The translations under genes and the position numbers were made by a program. The notes below the pieces were generated by a model. The model had not been told where the DNA came from and did not search any database. It was given only the letters and a program-made list of their open reading frames with translations. Shown here in pieces: positions 41,207 to 52,436 of a DNA stretch of 64,000 nt. The DNA comes from an uncultured Methanosarcinaceae archaeon (lineage in GTDB: Archaea > Halobacteriota > Methanosarcinia > Methanosarcinales > Methanosarcinaceae). The first letter of the stretch is position 1, and each line of letters opens with the position of its first letter. Location of the stretch: positions 480,001-544,000 of the forward strand of contig CAWJYV010000007.1 of assembly GCA_963847185.1 (NCBI GenBank), given 5' to 3'.

Positions 41207-42385
41207 TCATTTTTTAATACTCGTGATTCTCTGCACTTGTTCGGGATGTTCATGCTCGTGATGCCCATGTTCAGAGTGCTTATGTTCATGATTATGGCTT
41301 TTTTCCATTTTATGAACTACTATCCCCGATTTTTTGAAGGTTTCCTGAACAGAGCTTTCAACTGCATCTTTAAGGCATCCCTTTTCAACGTTTGAGACTG
41401 CTGAGAGAATTTTGAGCGTTGGTAAAGCTCCTTTCTTTGATTCGATAATATCTTCCTGAGGCTCTTCGTAGTAGATAGTAACGCTTTGTTTCACGGTTTC
41501 GAACCCATTGTCAAGAAAGAGTTTTATATGTCCCACAAATTCGGGATTTAATCTCAGAGCCTTTGCTTTTATTTTATTCATTAATTCATTTGTGAGCTTC
41601 CGGGAAGTTTCAGTGTCTATATTCTCGTTTCCTATGGCAAATTCTGCAGAATAACTGCCAACCCCGGAGGCTTCAATTGAATCCTCTGTTTCCTTAGGGC
41701 CAGAAAGACTGGACTTTACTTCTGGTGCGGTTTCTGGGGGTTTTGCTGGTTTTTCTTCGAGGTCCGGAAGCAATATTTGCATGAAACTTTCAAACCTTTC
41801 ACCCATCTCTTTTCCTGAGAGCAGAACTATTCTGGCTTTTGGATTCAGCTGCTGCACAGAAGTTTCGATAATTGGAAGCCTGATAGGTTCAATAAGGTCT
41901 ATCTTGTTTATTCCAAGGATTTCAGCATCTATAATCTGCCTCATGGCAAATTCTTTTACTTCTTTCATCAGGTACTTAAAGCGGCTACCATCGATTAGAG
42001 TCACCAGAGGAGCTATTTTTACTTGTTCCCCAAGGTTCATAAGCTCAACTTCATTTCTGATTACATTTGGAAAAGCAATCCCTGTGGGTTCTATCATAAG
42101 AATATCAGGTTTGTATTCTTTCATAAGAAGGGTGATTGTTGTCCTCAACCCCACTTTCAGGGAGCAGCAGATGCAACCGCTTGTGATCTCCTTGGTATCG
42201 AAACCGAACCTTTTGATCACATCTCCGTCAATTCCTATTTCTCCGATCTCGTTCACTATGATGGCAACTTTTTTCTCTTTTTCTGCCAGGTATTTACCCA
42301 TGTTGATAATGGTGGTCGTCTTCCCGCTTCCCAGGAAACCTCCCACAACAATCACTTGCATGTACTTTCCTCCGTTTTCTGCCAT
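41207..42385 (-). CDS. CobW/HypB/UreG (G3E, COG0523) GTPase metallochaperone with His-rich tail
   Basis: GGFLGSGKTT, NEIGEIGID, GCICC, IEPTG, NKID; HNHEHKHSEHGHHEHEH. Confidence 0.9.
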   Translation of the reverse strand: MAENGGKYMQVIVVGGFLGSGKTTTIINMGKYLAEKEKKVAIIVNEIGEIGIDGDVIKRFGFDTKEITSGCICCSLKVGLRTTITLLMKEYKPDILMIEPTGIAFPNVIRNEVELMNLGEQVKIAPLVTLIDGSRFKYLMKEVKEFAMRQIIDAEILGINKIDLIEPIRLPIIETSVQQLNPKARIVLLSGKEMGERFESFMQILLPDLEEKPAKPPETAPEVKSSLSGPKETEDSIEASGVGSYSAEFAIGNENIDTETSRKLTNELMNKIKAKALRLNPEFVGHIKLFLDNGFETVKQSVTIYYEEPQEDIIESKKGALPTLKILSAVSNVEKGCLKDAVESSVQETFKKSGIVVHKMEKSHNHEHKHSEHGHHEHEHPEQVQRITSIKK

Positions 42386-42786
42386 TTTTCGCTTATGTTC
42401 CTCTTCTTATACAGAACGTTGTGTAAAACTTTTCTACTTTAACTAGGCGTATTGTGTCAACTTTTCTATTCTCAAAGTATATTTTTCTATCTATGAATTG
42501 GAGCCTATCAAAACAGCTTGTAGCAAAAAAGAATGTTAAAAGTTAATTCAGGTTGAACCTTCAGGCTCTTAAATACTGGATAAAAGTAAAACAGATATGA
42601 ACAAATCTATTATTTTGGGGTTCAAAAAAGATCGGGAAATCCTTACAATGGATGAGCTGAGATACTTTATATAACAGAGTAAGGGTAAGCTCTTAAGGAG
42701 TAAGCAATAGTTTACAGTATTATAATAGAAAACCCGCAAACTTCAGTTCACGGGTTATCTACTACTTTGGATAAGTTTCTTTCCTT

Positions 42787-44406
42787 TTAGATGCCTGCTA
42801 CTGTCAGGTTTTCCCATTTAAACCTGTCATCAGGACAGGCGTGAAGGCAGCGCTGGCAGTTTGCTCCATCACAGAGGTCGGTTCTGATCTTCACAGTTCC
42901 GTTTTCCTCCATCCTTAGAGCTCCATTGGGACAAACCTTTACGCATTTATGACAGCTTTCGCAGTCTTCAATGACCATTGTAAGATAGGTCCCGACTTTT
43001 TCAAGCACTTCAAGTCCTTCGTTTCCGATATCCGGAATATCTCTTTCAACCCTGCGATCAATTTCCAGAATTGCTGATGGTTCATCAATCATCGGGAGTT
43101 TTTTCTTTTTCAGGAACTTCTGAAGCATCTTGAAAGCCATGCCTTCATTCCAGTAAGCAAGTTCAAGTAAATAGGCTTCTTTAAATGCCTCGGAGGTTGC
43201 AAACATTACATGAGTGCCCAGTATTTCCTTTGCAATTGCCTGCAGTTCCCAGAGTCTTTCTTCTGAAAGAAGGATTTCCCGAGCAACAATCAGAGAAGTA
43301 TTCCCTATCTGAGATACATAATGTGTATTGTAAGGGATCATTCCCACATGATGAGCTTTTGCAGCGTCCATGTAGGTTCCGGCAGCTCCTGACATGTGAG
43401 CTATCTTGAGATCTTCCATCTCGATCCCTGCAGCTCCACAGAGAGTAATATGTCCTGCCCGAAGTGCACCTATGGCTCTTCCGGCTGCAATGAGGTCTTT
43501 CTCTGTAAACTTGATTCCGTCCTGGAGGTAGATAATTCCCTCCGGAGTCTGAATTTTCGGCAGAACTATGAGCTTATTTCTCATCCCTGCTTCGATAAGG
43601 GCAATGACTCCTGTTCCTGTGATACCTTTTGCAGTGACCTCTCCTTTTTCTATTACTTCTCCAGTCTTGGGGTTCACAAGGTCTCCGACAACAGTCTTCA
43701 TGCTCTTGTCAAGAACGTAACAGCGCAGGTTTTCTCCTTCAAATTCTACATCACTGATTGTGTGAGGGGAAGCGATAGATCCGTATTCAATTTCCTGACC
43801 TTCAAGGGCAGGCCCTGCAGCAGCTGATCCAGTGTAGATGATTCCATTTGATTTCAGGGCCATTTCTGCATTTGTCCCGTAGTCAGTTGCAATCGCAATT
43901 TCATCACTCTCGATCATGCCTGCTTTTACAATAAGGGCAAGGGCGTCGGCTCCAACTTCGTGTTTAATTGAGGGGGGCACGAGGATTTTACAGTTTACGG
44001 CTTCTTCAAATCCCTCTATCTCAGTTATAGGTATAATCCGAGCATCTCTATTTTGCTCTTCAATATGATATTTTTGCTTTTTACGCTCTCCTGCATATGC
44101 CAGATCCTCGATAGGGATTCCCTGGAATATTGATAGCTGGATAGGGTTTCCACAGATTGAAAACTTTTCCATTTCAGCGAGGTTTACTCCAAGTTCTGTG
44201 AGAATGTTTTTTACCGCTGTTGCTGAGAGCCCATGGGCTTTATCAAGTCCGTAATGGATTGCAAAGTCAAGATGGTCCATTACGTTTGCTCCAGGCAGAG
44301 GATTCCGCAGCGTTATGACGGTTTTCTTGATTTCGCCGCTTTCCAGATCGATTTTCTGGGCCCTAAAACCACTGGTTCCCAGATCAATTGCAACTCCTGT
44401 TCTCAT
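42787..44406 (-). CDS. ramA: ATP-dependent corrinoid reductive activase (RamA/RamM/MAP family)
   Basis: AIDLGTSGFR, RNPLPGANVMDHL, TDYGTNAEM, AAGPALEGQ, two C-terminal [4Fe-4S] motifs; directly downstream of mtaA. Confidence 0.9.
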   Translation of the reverse strand: MRTGVAIDLGTSGFRAQKIDLESGEIKKTVITLRNPLPGANVMDHLDFAIHYGLDKAHGLSATAVKNILTELGVNLAEMEKFSICGNPIQLSIFQGIPIEDLAYAGERKKQKYHIEEQNRDARIIPITEIEGFEEAVNCKILVPPSIKHEVGADALALIVKAGMIESDEIAIATDYGTNAEMALKSNGIIYTGSAAAGPALEGQEIEYGSIASPHTISDVEFEGENLRCYVLDKSMKTVVGDLVNPKTGEVIEKGEVTAKGITGTGVIALIEAGMRNKLIVLPKIQTPEGIIYLQDGIKFTEKDLIAAGRAIGALRAGHITLCGAAGIEMEDLKIAHMSGAAGTYMDAAKAHHVGMIPYNTHYVSQIGNTSLIVAREILLSEERLWELQAIAKEILGTHVMFATSEAFKEAYLLELAYWNEGMAFKMLQKFLKKKKLPMIDEPSAILEIDRRVERDIPDIGNEGLEVLEKVGTYLTMVIEDCESCHKCVKVCPNGALRMEENGTVKIRTDLCDGANCQRCLHACPDDRFKWENLTVAGI

Positions 44407-44724
44407 GTCTTAACCTCCTCCAAAACAGTTTAAGACTTATTCAACGATGTACTGTAAATATATTTAGTTTTTATATTTAGTTTTTAACAAAATTCAATAA
44501 GTTTTATGCTGGATAAGCTATCTTTGTGAATTTTGCTCAATCATTCACTAGGCTAAACCTCCTGAACTGACAGCCTTTTTGGACTGGATCTGGATACTAT
44601 AATTCTTGAGGTTTTTCCTGGCAAATTCTAAAAAACATGAAACGGGATAGGATATTCCGAAGCTCTAATTATTCTAGAATTTCGGAATTTACCCGTGAAA
44701 AAATAAAATAATCTTGGTGCCTTT

Positions 44725-45753
44725 TCAGGCGTAGAATTCGTCTCTTGTTGCGACCATTGCTTTGATGTTTTCGAGTGGGGTCATGGGTGCAATACCACAG
44801 CCTGGTGCGAGTACATCAATGCCGCCTTCAAGAGCTTCTCTTGCTTCAGCTTTTATCTTGTCAATAGGTCCAGGCAGAAGAGTGAAAGGACTGGATACAT
44901 TTCCTACTAATCTTGCTCTGGTTCCGATTACTTCTTTTCCCTTCTTTACGCTGCCTATTTTTTCTTCAACGCTAAGACCTTCGAAGCCACAGTCTGCCAT
45001 GTAGCTGAGAATCGGGTTAACATTTCCGCAGACGTGGAGGATGGTTACTGAGTTCACACTTGAGGAGAACTTCTGCAGTCTTGCCTTAAGGAACTGCTTG
45101 AAGGAGTCAGGGCTCATGAGGTCAGGGGAACAAACAGGGTCTGCAATAGCAATAATGTCTGCGCCTGCTTCTACCATTGCATTTGCATACATGATTGAAG
45201 CTTCTGTGGCAAGGTCAAGAACCTGCTGGAAGAGGTCAGTCTTTTTAAGGGACCATTTCATGAAGGATTTTACACTTACCAGGTCGGAAGCGACTGTGAC
45301 AGGGCCTTCCATACCGCCGATAATTGGCACATCAGGACCTACTTTTTCCCTGACAATCTTTATGGCTTCGAGTACTGCTGGGATTCTGCCTTTTTGCAGG
45401 AGGTCTGCAGGAATGGATGCACCTTCAAGGTCCTTGGGGTAAGGATGAGCAGTGACAGACGGCTGTCTGTTCTTTGTACCCATGTTGATTTCACAGCCCA
45501 TGGCTTCAACAAGAACGGTAAGACAGTATGGGAGCCTTACAGCTTCAAGTCCGCTGAGCTCATAGTTGGCAATTGCCAGCTTTGCCATAAGTTCGGGGTT
45601 TGTGTGGGATTCGGGCCATGGTGCACCTACTGTGTCCATAAGCTCCACAATTCCGGTCTGGGTAACGGAGCAAACAGGTACTTTGTCGACAGGTTCGCCT
45701 TTGAGGGCAGCTAAAAGTCTTGTTTTAAGTGTAAATTCACTCATATCGGTCAT
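44725..45753 (-). CDS. mtaA: Methylcobalamin:coenzyme M methyltransferase MtaA
   Basis: UroD fold; Zn ligands LHVCG and APGCG; VPVCSVTQTG. Confidence 0.93.
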   Translation of the reverse strand: MTDMSEFTLKTRLLAALKGEPVDKVPVCSVTQTGIVELMDTVGAPWPESHTNPELMAKLAIANYELSGLEAVRLPYCLTVLVEAMGCEINMGTKNRQPSVTAHPYPKDLEGASIPADLLQKGRIPAVLEAIKIVREKVGPDVPIIGGMEGPVTVASDLVSVKSFMKWSLKKTDLFQQVLDLATEASIMYANAMVEAGADIIAIADPVCSPDLMSPDSFKQFLKARLQKFSSSVNSVTILHVCGNVNPILSYMADCGFEGLSVEEKIGSVKKGKEVIGTRARLVGNVSSPFTLLPGPIDKIKAEAREALEGGIDVLAPGCGIAPMTPLENIKAMVATRDEFYA

Positions 45754-45811
45754 ACCTTTTCATTTTTATCTTGATAGATTTATTTTTAATACGCTTTTAT
45801 TGTCTACTTAG

Positions 45812-45832
45812 CAATATTATATAGACCTTTTC
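45812..45832 (-). promoter_or_regulatory. Probable BRE-TATA promoter of mtaA
   Basis: Minus strand reads gaaaagg-tctatataatattg, about 60 nt upstream of the ATG. Confidence 0.55.
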
Positions 45833-46239
45833 TATCCAAAATGTTTCTAATCTCGGATAGGGTCTCCAGATTTTCGAAACATATTTAAAAAATTATTAGG
45901 TTGTGCTTGAAATCGACAATACCTTTGAGTCTTCTTTACGCCTCGCTTAGAGCATGGATGAGAATAACAATTCTAAAAACAATTCTCAAACCCCTTGCGA
46001 TTGCGTTAAAACGCGACATTTTTTTAGTTACCAAATTATAAAAGCTATTTGTTGGATATTTTTTTCTCTCTTTTTTTTGATAAATGGGCTCATAATTTTT
46101 GAGCTCATTATTCTCTCTTTCTATTCTATCAAGATTATGTATCGAAAGAGTCGTTCACTATTTTATTTTGATTTTGAGGAGCCGAATGATCAACATTAAG
46201 CTTCTTATTCTTATGCTACATTGAATCATAGGGGTTTCG

Positions 46240-49086
46240 ATGGAGAAGAAGCTGGCTGGCAGTAAAAGCAAGATTTGCTTTCTTCAAGGCAACGAACATA
46301 GTATTTCTTTTTCCGAGTTTCTTCAAAGGTTAGGAGTTGATGAGAGAGGACTTAGCGATCAGGAAGCCAAAAAGAGGCTTCAGGACTGTGGACACAACGC
46401 CCTCGAAGAAACAGGAAAGGAGAGTATATTAAAAAAGTATGTCCGACAATTCAGAAATTTTTTTACTATCTTACTGGCTATAGGAGCTCTTCTGGCTTTT
46501 CTCGGAGAATATCTCGATCCGGGAAAGGGGAATCTTTATATAGGAATTGCTCTCGCCGGAGTTGTAATCCTTAATGGAACTTTCACATTTGTGCAGGAGT
46601 ATCAGGCTGAGAAAACAATGGAAAGTTTTCGGCAGCTTCTCCCTCCTCACGCAAAGGTTCTGAGAGATGGAAAAGTAAAGGATATCCTGGCTTCGGAACT
46701 TGTTCCAGGAGATGTTATCCTTCTTGAAGAGGGAGATAAGGTTCCGGCAGATGGGCGTTTAATCGAAGTCAATGCTTTGAAAATTGATAATTCGGCTATC
46801 ACAGGCGAATCAGAACCTCAGCTGCGCTCCCTTGAATGCACTCATCCTAATATACTGGAGTGCAGGAACATGGTTTTTTCAGGAACGCTGGTACAGAGCG
46901 GAAACGGAAAAGCTATCATCTTCGGAACAGGGCAGAATACCCAGATTGGAAACCTCGCAACACTTACAGGACAGATTTCAAATGTGGATACTCCCATTCG
47001 AAGGGAACTCAATCATTTCATAAAAATAATCTCTGCAATTGCTATTTTTCTGGGAGTAACTTTCTTTATTCTCGCTTTTCTTCTTCAGGATGTCTTTCTT
47101 GCAAGCCTTATTTTTGCAATTGGGATTATTGTTGCCAATGTTCCTGAGGGGCTTTTGCCCACGGTCACTCTTGCACTTAGTCTGGCTTCGAGACGAATGG
47201 CTTCGAGAAATGCCCTTATTAAACAGCTTGAATCTGTAGAAACTCTGGGCTCAACTACTGTTATCTGTACGGATAAAACCGGGACTCTTACTCAGAATAA
47301 GATGACAGTCAATAGTCTTATGCTTGGATTTGAATGTATCGTTCTTGAGAACCCTCTCAGCTCTAAAAAACGGAATATGGAGCAGAAGATAGAAGATATG
47401 AACAGGGGTGCTGCTAAAGAAACTGCAGACTCAGGGACCGAAGGATTTTGTCTTATAGAAAAACCTGTGTGGAAGCCAGAAATATTATCATCTGTTCTCA
47501 TAAGAGTTGCAGGACTCTGTAATAACGCAAAACTTAGCGAGTTGCCTCCGGGATATACTGGTGATCCAACTGAAGGGTCACTCCTTGTTTTTGCGAACAA
47601 TATTGAAGACATAAAGCAGCTCAAGAGTGAATATCCAAGGCTTGAAGAGTTTCCTTTCGATTCTCTTACCAAAAGAATGGAAGTTATCTGCCGTACTCCT
47701 GGAGGAGAACTCGAAGTTTATCTTAAAGGCGCTCCGGAGGTAGTTGTGAAGATGTGCAGTTCAGCCACATATTCAGGAGGAATTAAGAAACTGAATGAAG
47801 CTGAACAACAGGAGCTTCTTGACCGGCACCTGAGACTTGCAAAAAAAGGAGAACGGATTATTGCTCTTGCTTACAGGCAGGCAGAAGAACAAAAGGAGTA
47901 TAACGGTGATTTTATTTTTCTTGGATTTATCGGAATTGTAGATCCCCCACGTCCCGAAGCTAGAGACGCTATTGCAAAATGCCACGCAGCCGGGATCAAA
48001 GTTGTAATGATCACCGGTGATCACCCTGTCACTGCAGAGTCAATTGCAAAGGATGTGGGACTTGCAGATTCCGGAAGCCTTGAAATTATTACGGGAGACG
48101 AGTTGAATTCACTCTCACGTACAGACCTTGCTTCAAGATTAAAAAACCCAAGCATTGTATTCGCCCGCACTTCTCCTGTGCAAAAATTAAAAATAGTACA
48201 GCTTTTCCAGGCTGAAGGGGAGATCGTAACTATGACCGGAGACGGCGTTAACGATGCTCCTGCAATCAAGAACGCAGATATGGGGGTTGCCATGGGCAGC
48301 GGCACGGATGTAGCACGCGAAGCTGCAGATATGATTCTTCTGGACGATAATTTCGCTACGATTGTAAACGCTGTTGAAGAAGGAAGGACAGTTTTCGATA
48401 ATATAAAAAAGTTCATTGTATACATTCTTGCCAGTAATGTTCCTGAGATCCTGCCTTTCATAGCTTTTGTTCTTTTTGCCCTGCCCCTTCCTATGCCTGT
48501 ACAGCTTATTCTTGCAATTGATCTGGGTACTGATATGCTGCCTGCGATTGCTTTAGGGCAGGAAAAAGGAGAAGGAGACATTATGAAAAGGCCTCCCAGG
48601 CACAAAGACGAAAAGTTGTTAACGCCTCCGATTCTTTTTACAGCTTATGGAGTAAAAGGGCCTATAGAAGCCGCTGCAGGCTTTTTCTGTTATTTTGCTG
48701 TACTTTTTGAAGGAGGCTGGAGTTTCGGCGAACAGCTCTCAAGTAATAATCCTCTTTATATGCAGTCAATAACTGCTTTCTTTTCAGCAGTTATTATCTG
48801 TCAGATTGCTAATGTTTTTGCTTCTCGAACCCGGTTCCAGTCAGTCTTCACAATGGGATTATTCAGCAACCGTATGGTTCTTCTGGGAATTGCATCTGAG
48901 CTGTTGATTCTTGCTCTTATTATCTGGAATCCATTTGCCAATCTTATTTTTAACACATCTCCCCTTGACCTCAAATATATCTTGCTTTCTGTTCCTTTTG
49001 CAGTCTTCCTGCTTGGAATTGATGAATTGAGAAAATATTTATTGAGAAAGAATGTTAGCTGGGCAGAGAGGTTCTTTAAGTGGTAA
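46240..49086 (+). CDS. P-type cation-transporting ATPase, P2C (Na+/K+-ATPase)-like
   Basis: TGES, IIVANVPEGLL, DKTGTLTQN, KGAPE, MITGDHP, TGDGVND, ILAIDLGTD. Confidence 0.92.
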   Translation: MEKKLAGSKSKICFLQGNEHSISFSEFLQRLGVDERGLSDQEAKKRLQDCGHNALEETGKESILKKYVRQFRNFFTILLAIGALLAFLGEYLDPGKGNLYIGIALAGVVILNGTFTFVQEYQAEKTMESFRQLLPPHAKVLRDGKVKDILASELVPGDVILLEEGDKVPADGRLIEVNALKIDNSAITGESEPQLRSLECTHPNILECRNMVFSGTLVQSGNGKAIIFGTGQNTQIGNLATLTGQISNVDTPIRRELNHFIKIISAIAIFLGVTFFILAFLLQDVFLASLIFAIGIIVANVPEGLLPTVTLALSLASRRMASRNALIKQLESVETLGSTTVICTDKTGTLTQNKMTVNSLMLGFECIVLENPLSSKKRNMEQKIEDMNRGAAKETADSGTEGFCLIEKPVWKPEILSSVLIRVAGLCNNAKLSELPPGYTGDPTEGSLLVFANNIEDIKQLKSEYPRLEEFPFDSLTKRMEVICRTPGGELEVYLKGAPEVVVKMCSSATYSGGIKKLNEAEQQELLDRHLRLAKKGERIIALAYRQAEEQKEYNGDFIFLGFIGIVDPPRPEARDAIAKCHAAGIKVVMITGDHPVTAESIAKDVGLADSGSLEIITGDELNSLSRTDLASRLKNPSIVFARTSPVQKLKIVQLFQAEGEIVTMTGDGVNDAPAIKNADMGVAMGSGTDVAREAADMILLDDNFATIVNAVEEGRTVFDNIKKFIVYILASNVPEILPFIAFVLFALPLPMPVQLILAIDLGTDMLPAIALGQEKGEGDIMKRPPRHKDEKLLTPPILFTAYGVKGPIEAAAGFFCYFAVLFEGGWSFGEQLSSNNPLYMQSITAFFSAVIICQIANVFASRTRFQSVFTMGLFSNRMVLLGIASELLILALIIWNPFANLIFNTSPLDLKYILLSVPFAVFLLGIDELRKYLLRKNVSWAERFFKW

Positions 49087-49370
49087 CTTTAAATAACTAC
49101 TATTATTTTTTTACCTGGCAATGTTGAAATTTATTTTGACTTTTAGGCCCTCATTTAAGATTCTTTTCTTGCATAAAAGGCTTAAAAGCTCTATTTTGGC
49201 CAAAAAGAAAAAAATTAATCCTATTTATCTAAAATTCTAAAAAAATTATTTTATTATGAGAACAATAGAAAACTTTTATATAGGATTCTAATTTAATTTT
49301 ATCTGTTGAATTTCTGTTATAATATTTTCCTGTTCATTCCAATCTCCAACCCATCGTCAGAGTTTAAAGT

Positions 49371-52300
49371 ATGAATGTTAGTAAAAAGATCCTTGTTATT
49401 ATTTACATTATTTTTGCTCTTCTTACTTCAGTTGTTATTTTCGCGTCTCAGAATATCCTTTATTCAAGTTTTTCTTCCCTTGAGGATGATGAGGCAAATG
49501 ATAGCCTGGAAAGTGCAAGAAACTTCCTCGATTTTCAGGTTATGCAATTAAATGAGACTAATTCCGTGCTTTCCTCAAGGGAAGATGTCAGAGCTTTTAT
49601 GTTCAGTCAGGACCCTGGAGATCTCAGCAGGATTTCTTTCACAGATCTTTTCTCCCTAAGTGGATGTGACTTCATTTTTCTTGCGAATAGTTCAGGAAAT
49701 ATAATTTATAAGTTTTCGGGATCAAATAATACCAGTGATGCCCTGATATTTTCCGAGATCACAAGAAAAATAGATGGTGGAAATCTCCTTTGCAAGGACG
49801 CAAAAAGTCCTCTAAGTGGGCTTCTTACAATAGGAAGCAACTTTTCAATCGTTTCTTCTCACCCTGTACTTGCGGCACCCAATAGTGAAGAGATGATCGG
49901 GACAGTTATTCTGGGTAAGAATCTGGAACCCGATTTTACCTATTCTTTGCGCAATATTGCAGGAAATCATGTTTCGCTTTTTACTGAGGAATCAGCACCT
50001 GATTATTTGCAGCAAGCATTTCTAGACAATAAAAGCGAAAGTGTCTCATATACTGTCACAGCAAATGGAGTATCTCGAAATTATTGTATTCTCAAAGATA
50101 TCAATAATGAAACAGCTGCTGCGGTCCAGATAGACGCTAACAGTGATATAAGTGCAGTAGGCCAAGAATCTCTCAGGTACATTGTAATTTTCCTTTTGTT
50201 TGCAGGTCTGATGATTGGGGCAGGCTGTAAACTTCTACTTGATAAAGAAGTAGCCTCGAGGATAGTAGCAATTGATAATTTTGTGGAAAAGGTCGGAAAG
50301 GATGAAAATTCTTCTGAACGCTTCTCCATGGATGGAGACGATGAACTTTCACGATTGTCAGAGGGAATTAACCAGATGCTTGACCGTCTGAAAACGACTT
50401 CTGATAAAATCAAAATTCAAGAGCGTGAAAAAAACGTAATCCTCAATTCTCTCAGTGAGATGGTGGTTTTTATGGATCCAGACTTGAAGATCCTCTGGAT
50501 GAATAAAGCCTCTCTGGGCCACCTAAATCTAAAGTTTGAGGGCATAGTCGGACACCGTTATGAAGAGATCTATAGCTTATATCATAAGAATCCGGGTAAA
50601 TCTCCTGTACTGAAGGCAATAGAGTCCGGAAGCGAAGAGCTAGGGGAAGTCGTTACTCCTGATGGAAAGGTATGGATGATTCGTGCGAGCCTTGTGAAGG
50701 ATGAAAATGGTAAAATTACCGGTATTCTCCAGACAGGTCTCGATATTACCGAACATAAGCGTTCAGAAGAAAAGCTAATTCAGGCAAAACTGGAAGCTGA
50801 AGCTGCCAACCGTACAAAAAGTGAATTCCTCGCTAATATAAGTCACGAATTAAGGACGCCTCTGAATTCTGTCATCGGATTTTCGGATATCCTGCTTGAA
50901 AGGGTTTTCGGAGAGCTCAATGATAAACAATTAAAATATATAAATAACATCTCTACCAGTGGGAAGCATTTACTAAAACTCATAAATGATATCCTCGATC
51001 TCTCCAAAGTAGAAGCCGGAAAAATGGAACTTCATTACAGTGAATTTTCTGTTGATTCAGTTTTTGAGGAGGTTAAAGTAGTTCTCATCCCTCTCGCTCA
51101 GACAAAATCACTTGAGATTTACTTCAACGTAAAATCCGAGTTTACAACTCTTGAGGCTGACAGAAGCCGCCTGATTCAGATCCTTTATAACCTTGCAAGC
51201 AATTCAATCAAATTTACTCCCGAAGGGGGAAAAGTCACCATTTCTTGTATAAAGAGTGGAAGCTTAGCGTTAATCTCAGTAACAGATACCGGCATAGGAA
51301 TTTCTGCTGAAGACCAGAGAAAACTTTTCCAGCCTTTTACCCAGATTGATGCTTCCTCATCCAGACAGTATTGTGGAACAGGACTCGGACTAGCTCTTGT
51401 GAAAAAAATTGTAAATTTACATCAGGGAGATATCTGGGTTGAGAGTGATATTGGAAAAGGCAGCACTTTTACATTTTCAATTCCTCTTAGAAAACCGATC
51501 GATTCCAGGAAAGCTAATGAATCAGAACTCGAAGATGTTGTCCTGAATTTCGAGACGAACAAAGCGGAGGCGTTCTCAAAAGAATCTGCCGATGATCTTC
51601 AGGCCGATATAGAGATACTTGAAAGTTATCTCCCTGAAACAGAAGGTGGGAATCAGGGGCTTGTTCTTGTAGTTGATAACGATAAAAATTCCAATGATCT
51701 CCTTTCTATTGTATTAAGAGAGGCAGGGTATAGTATAGCTTCTCTTTTTAATGGGAAAAGTGTTCTGGAGACTGCAAGGAGGCTCAAACCTGATATTATT
51801 ACTTTTGATGTCCTCCTTCCAGACATTGATGGTTGGATTGTTTTGAGACAGCTCAGAAATGATCCTCAAACTGCCTCAATTCCGATACTTATTATTTCTT
51901 CGACAAATAATAACGAACTTGGAATTGTTCTTGGAGCGACATATTCCTTTACAAAGCCAGTAAAAAGATCAGAGATTGTGGGTTCCCTCAAAGAAATCAC
52001 CGGTAAATTACGGTTTGAAAATCCAAGAATTCTCGTTGTCGACAATGATGAAAATAACGTAGAACTGTTGAGTTCTATGATCGAACCCGAGGGTTTTGAG
52101 GTGGTCAAAGCTTATAGCGGAAGAGAAGGTCTGAAAAAGCTCTTTTCAGAAAAACAGCCTGATGTAGTAATCCTTGATCTTATGACGTCTTGTGTTAGTG
52201 GTTTTGATGTGATCTCAAGCATGAGGGCACATTTAAGCACAAAAAATGTTCCTCTTATTGTCTGCACGTCTGGGCAACTCACTGAGAAAAACATTAAAGA

Positions 52301-52436
52301 ATTGAACAGTAAATTGAAAGAGCATTTTATTTCTATTTTGAAAAAAGGCACTTTCGGAAGAAAAGAGTTAATTAATAGGATAAAACAATTAGCTATGCTG
52401 AAGAGGCTTAACGATGAAAGAAATTCTGATTGTTGA
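49371..52436 (+). CDS. Membrane hybrid histidine kinase (CHASE4-like, HAMP, PAS, HisKA, HATPase, 2 REC)
   Basis: Two TM helices; SHELRTPLN H-box; N, G1 (DTGIG), F and G2 (GTGLGL) boxes; two receiver domains. Confidence 0.93.
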   Translation: MNVSKKILVIIYIIFALLTSVVIFASQNILYSSFSSLEDDEANDSLESARNFLDFQVMQLNETNSVLSSREDVRAFMFSQDPGDLSRISFTDLFSLSGCDFIFLANSSGNIIYKFSGSNNTSDALIFSEITRKIDGGNLLCKDAKSPLSGLLTIGSNFSIVSSHPVLAAPNSEEMIGTVILGKNLEPDFTYSLRNIAGNHVSLFTEESAPDYLQQAFLDNKSESVSYTVTANGVSRNYCILKDINNETAAAVQIDANSDISAVGQESLRYIVIFLLFAGLMIGAGCKLLLDKEVASRIVAIDNFVEKVGKDENSSERFSMDGDDELSRLSEGINQMLDRLKTTSDKIKIQEREKNVILNSLSEMVVFMDPDLKILWMNKASLGHLNLKFEGIVGHRYEEIYSLYHKNPGKSPVLKAIESGSEELGEVVTPDGKVWMIRASLVKDENGKITGILQTGLDITEHKRSEEKLIQAKLEAEAANRTKSEFLANISHELRTPLNSVIGFSDILLERVFGELNDKQLKYINNISTSGKHLLKLINDILDLSKVEAGKMELHYSEFSVDSVFEEVKVVLIPLAQTKSLEIYFNVKSEFTTLEADRSRLIQILYNLASNSIKFTPEGGKVTISCIKSGSLALISVTDTGIGISAEDQRKLFQPFTQIDASSSRQYCGTGLGLALVKKIVNLHQGDIWVESDIGKGSTFTFSIPLRKPIDSRKANESELEDVVLNFETNKAEAFSKESADDLQADIEILESYLPETEGGNQGLVLVVDNDKNSNDLLSIVLREAGYSIASLFNGKSVLETARRLKPDIITFDVLLPDIDGWIVLRQLRNDPQTASIPILIISSTNNNELGIVLGATYSFTKPVKRSEIVGSLKEITGKLRFENPRILVVDNDENNVELLSSMIEPEGFEVVKAYSGREGLKKLFSEKQPDVVILDLMTSCVSGFDVISSMRAHLSTKNVPLIVCTSGQLTEKNIKELNSKLKEHFISILKKGTFGRKELINRIKQLAMLKRLNDERNSDC

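Noticed and set aside
37229-45753. Pyrrolysine (TAG) read-through in the methyltransferase genes
   Set aside because: mtaA, mtaB, mtaC and the activase are full length without internal amber codons; no methylamine methyltransferase is present.
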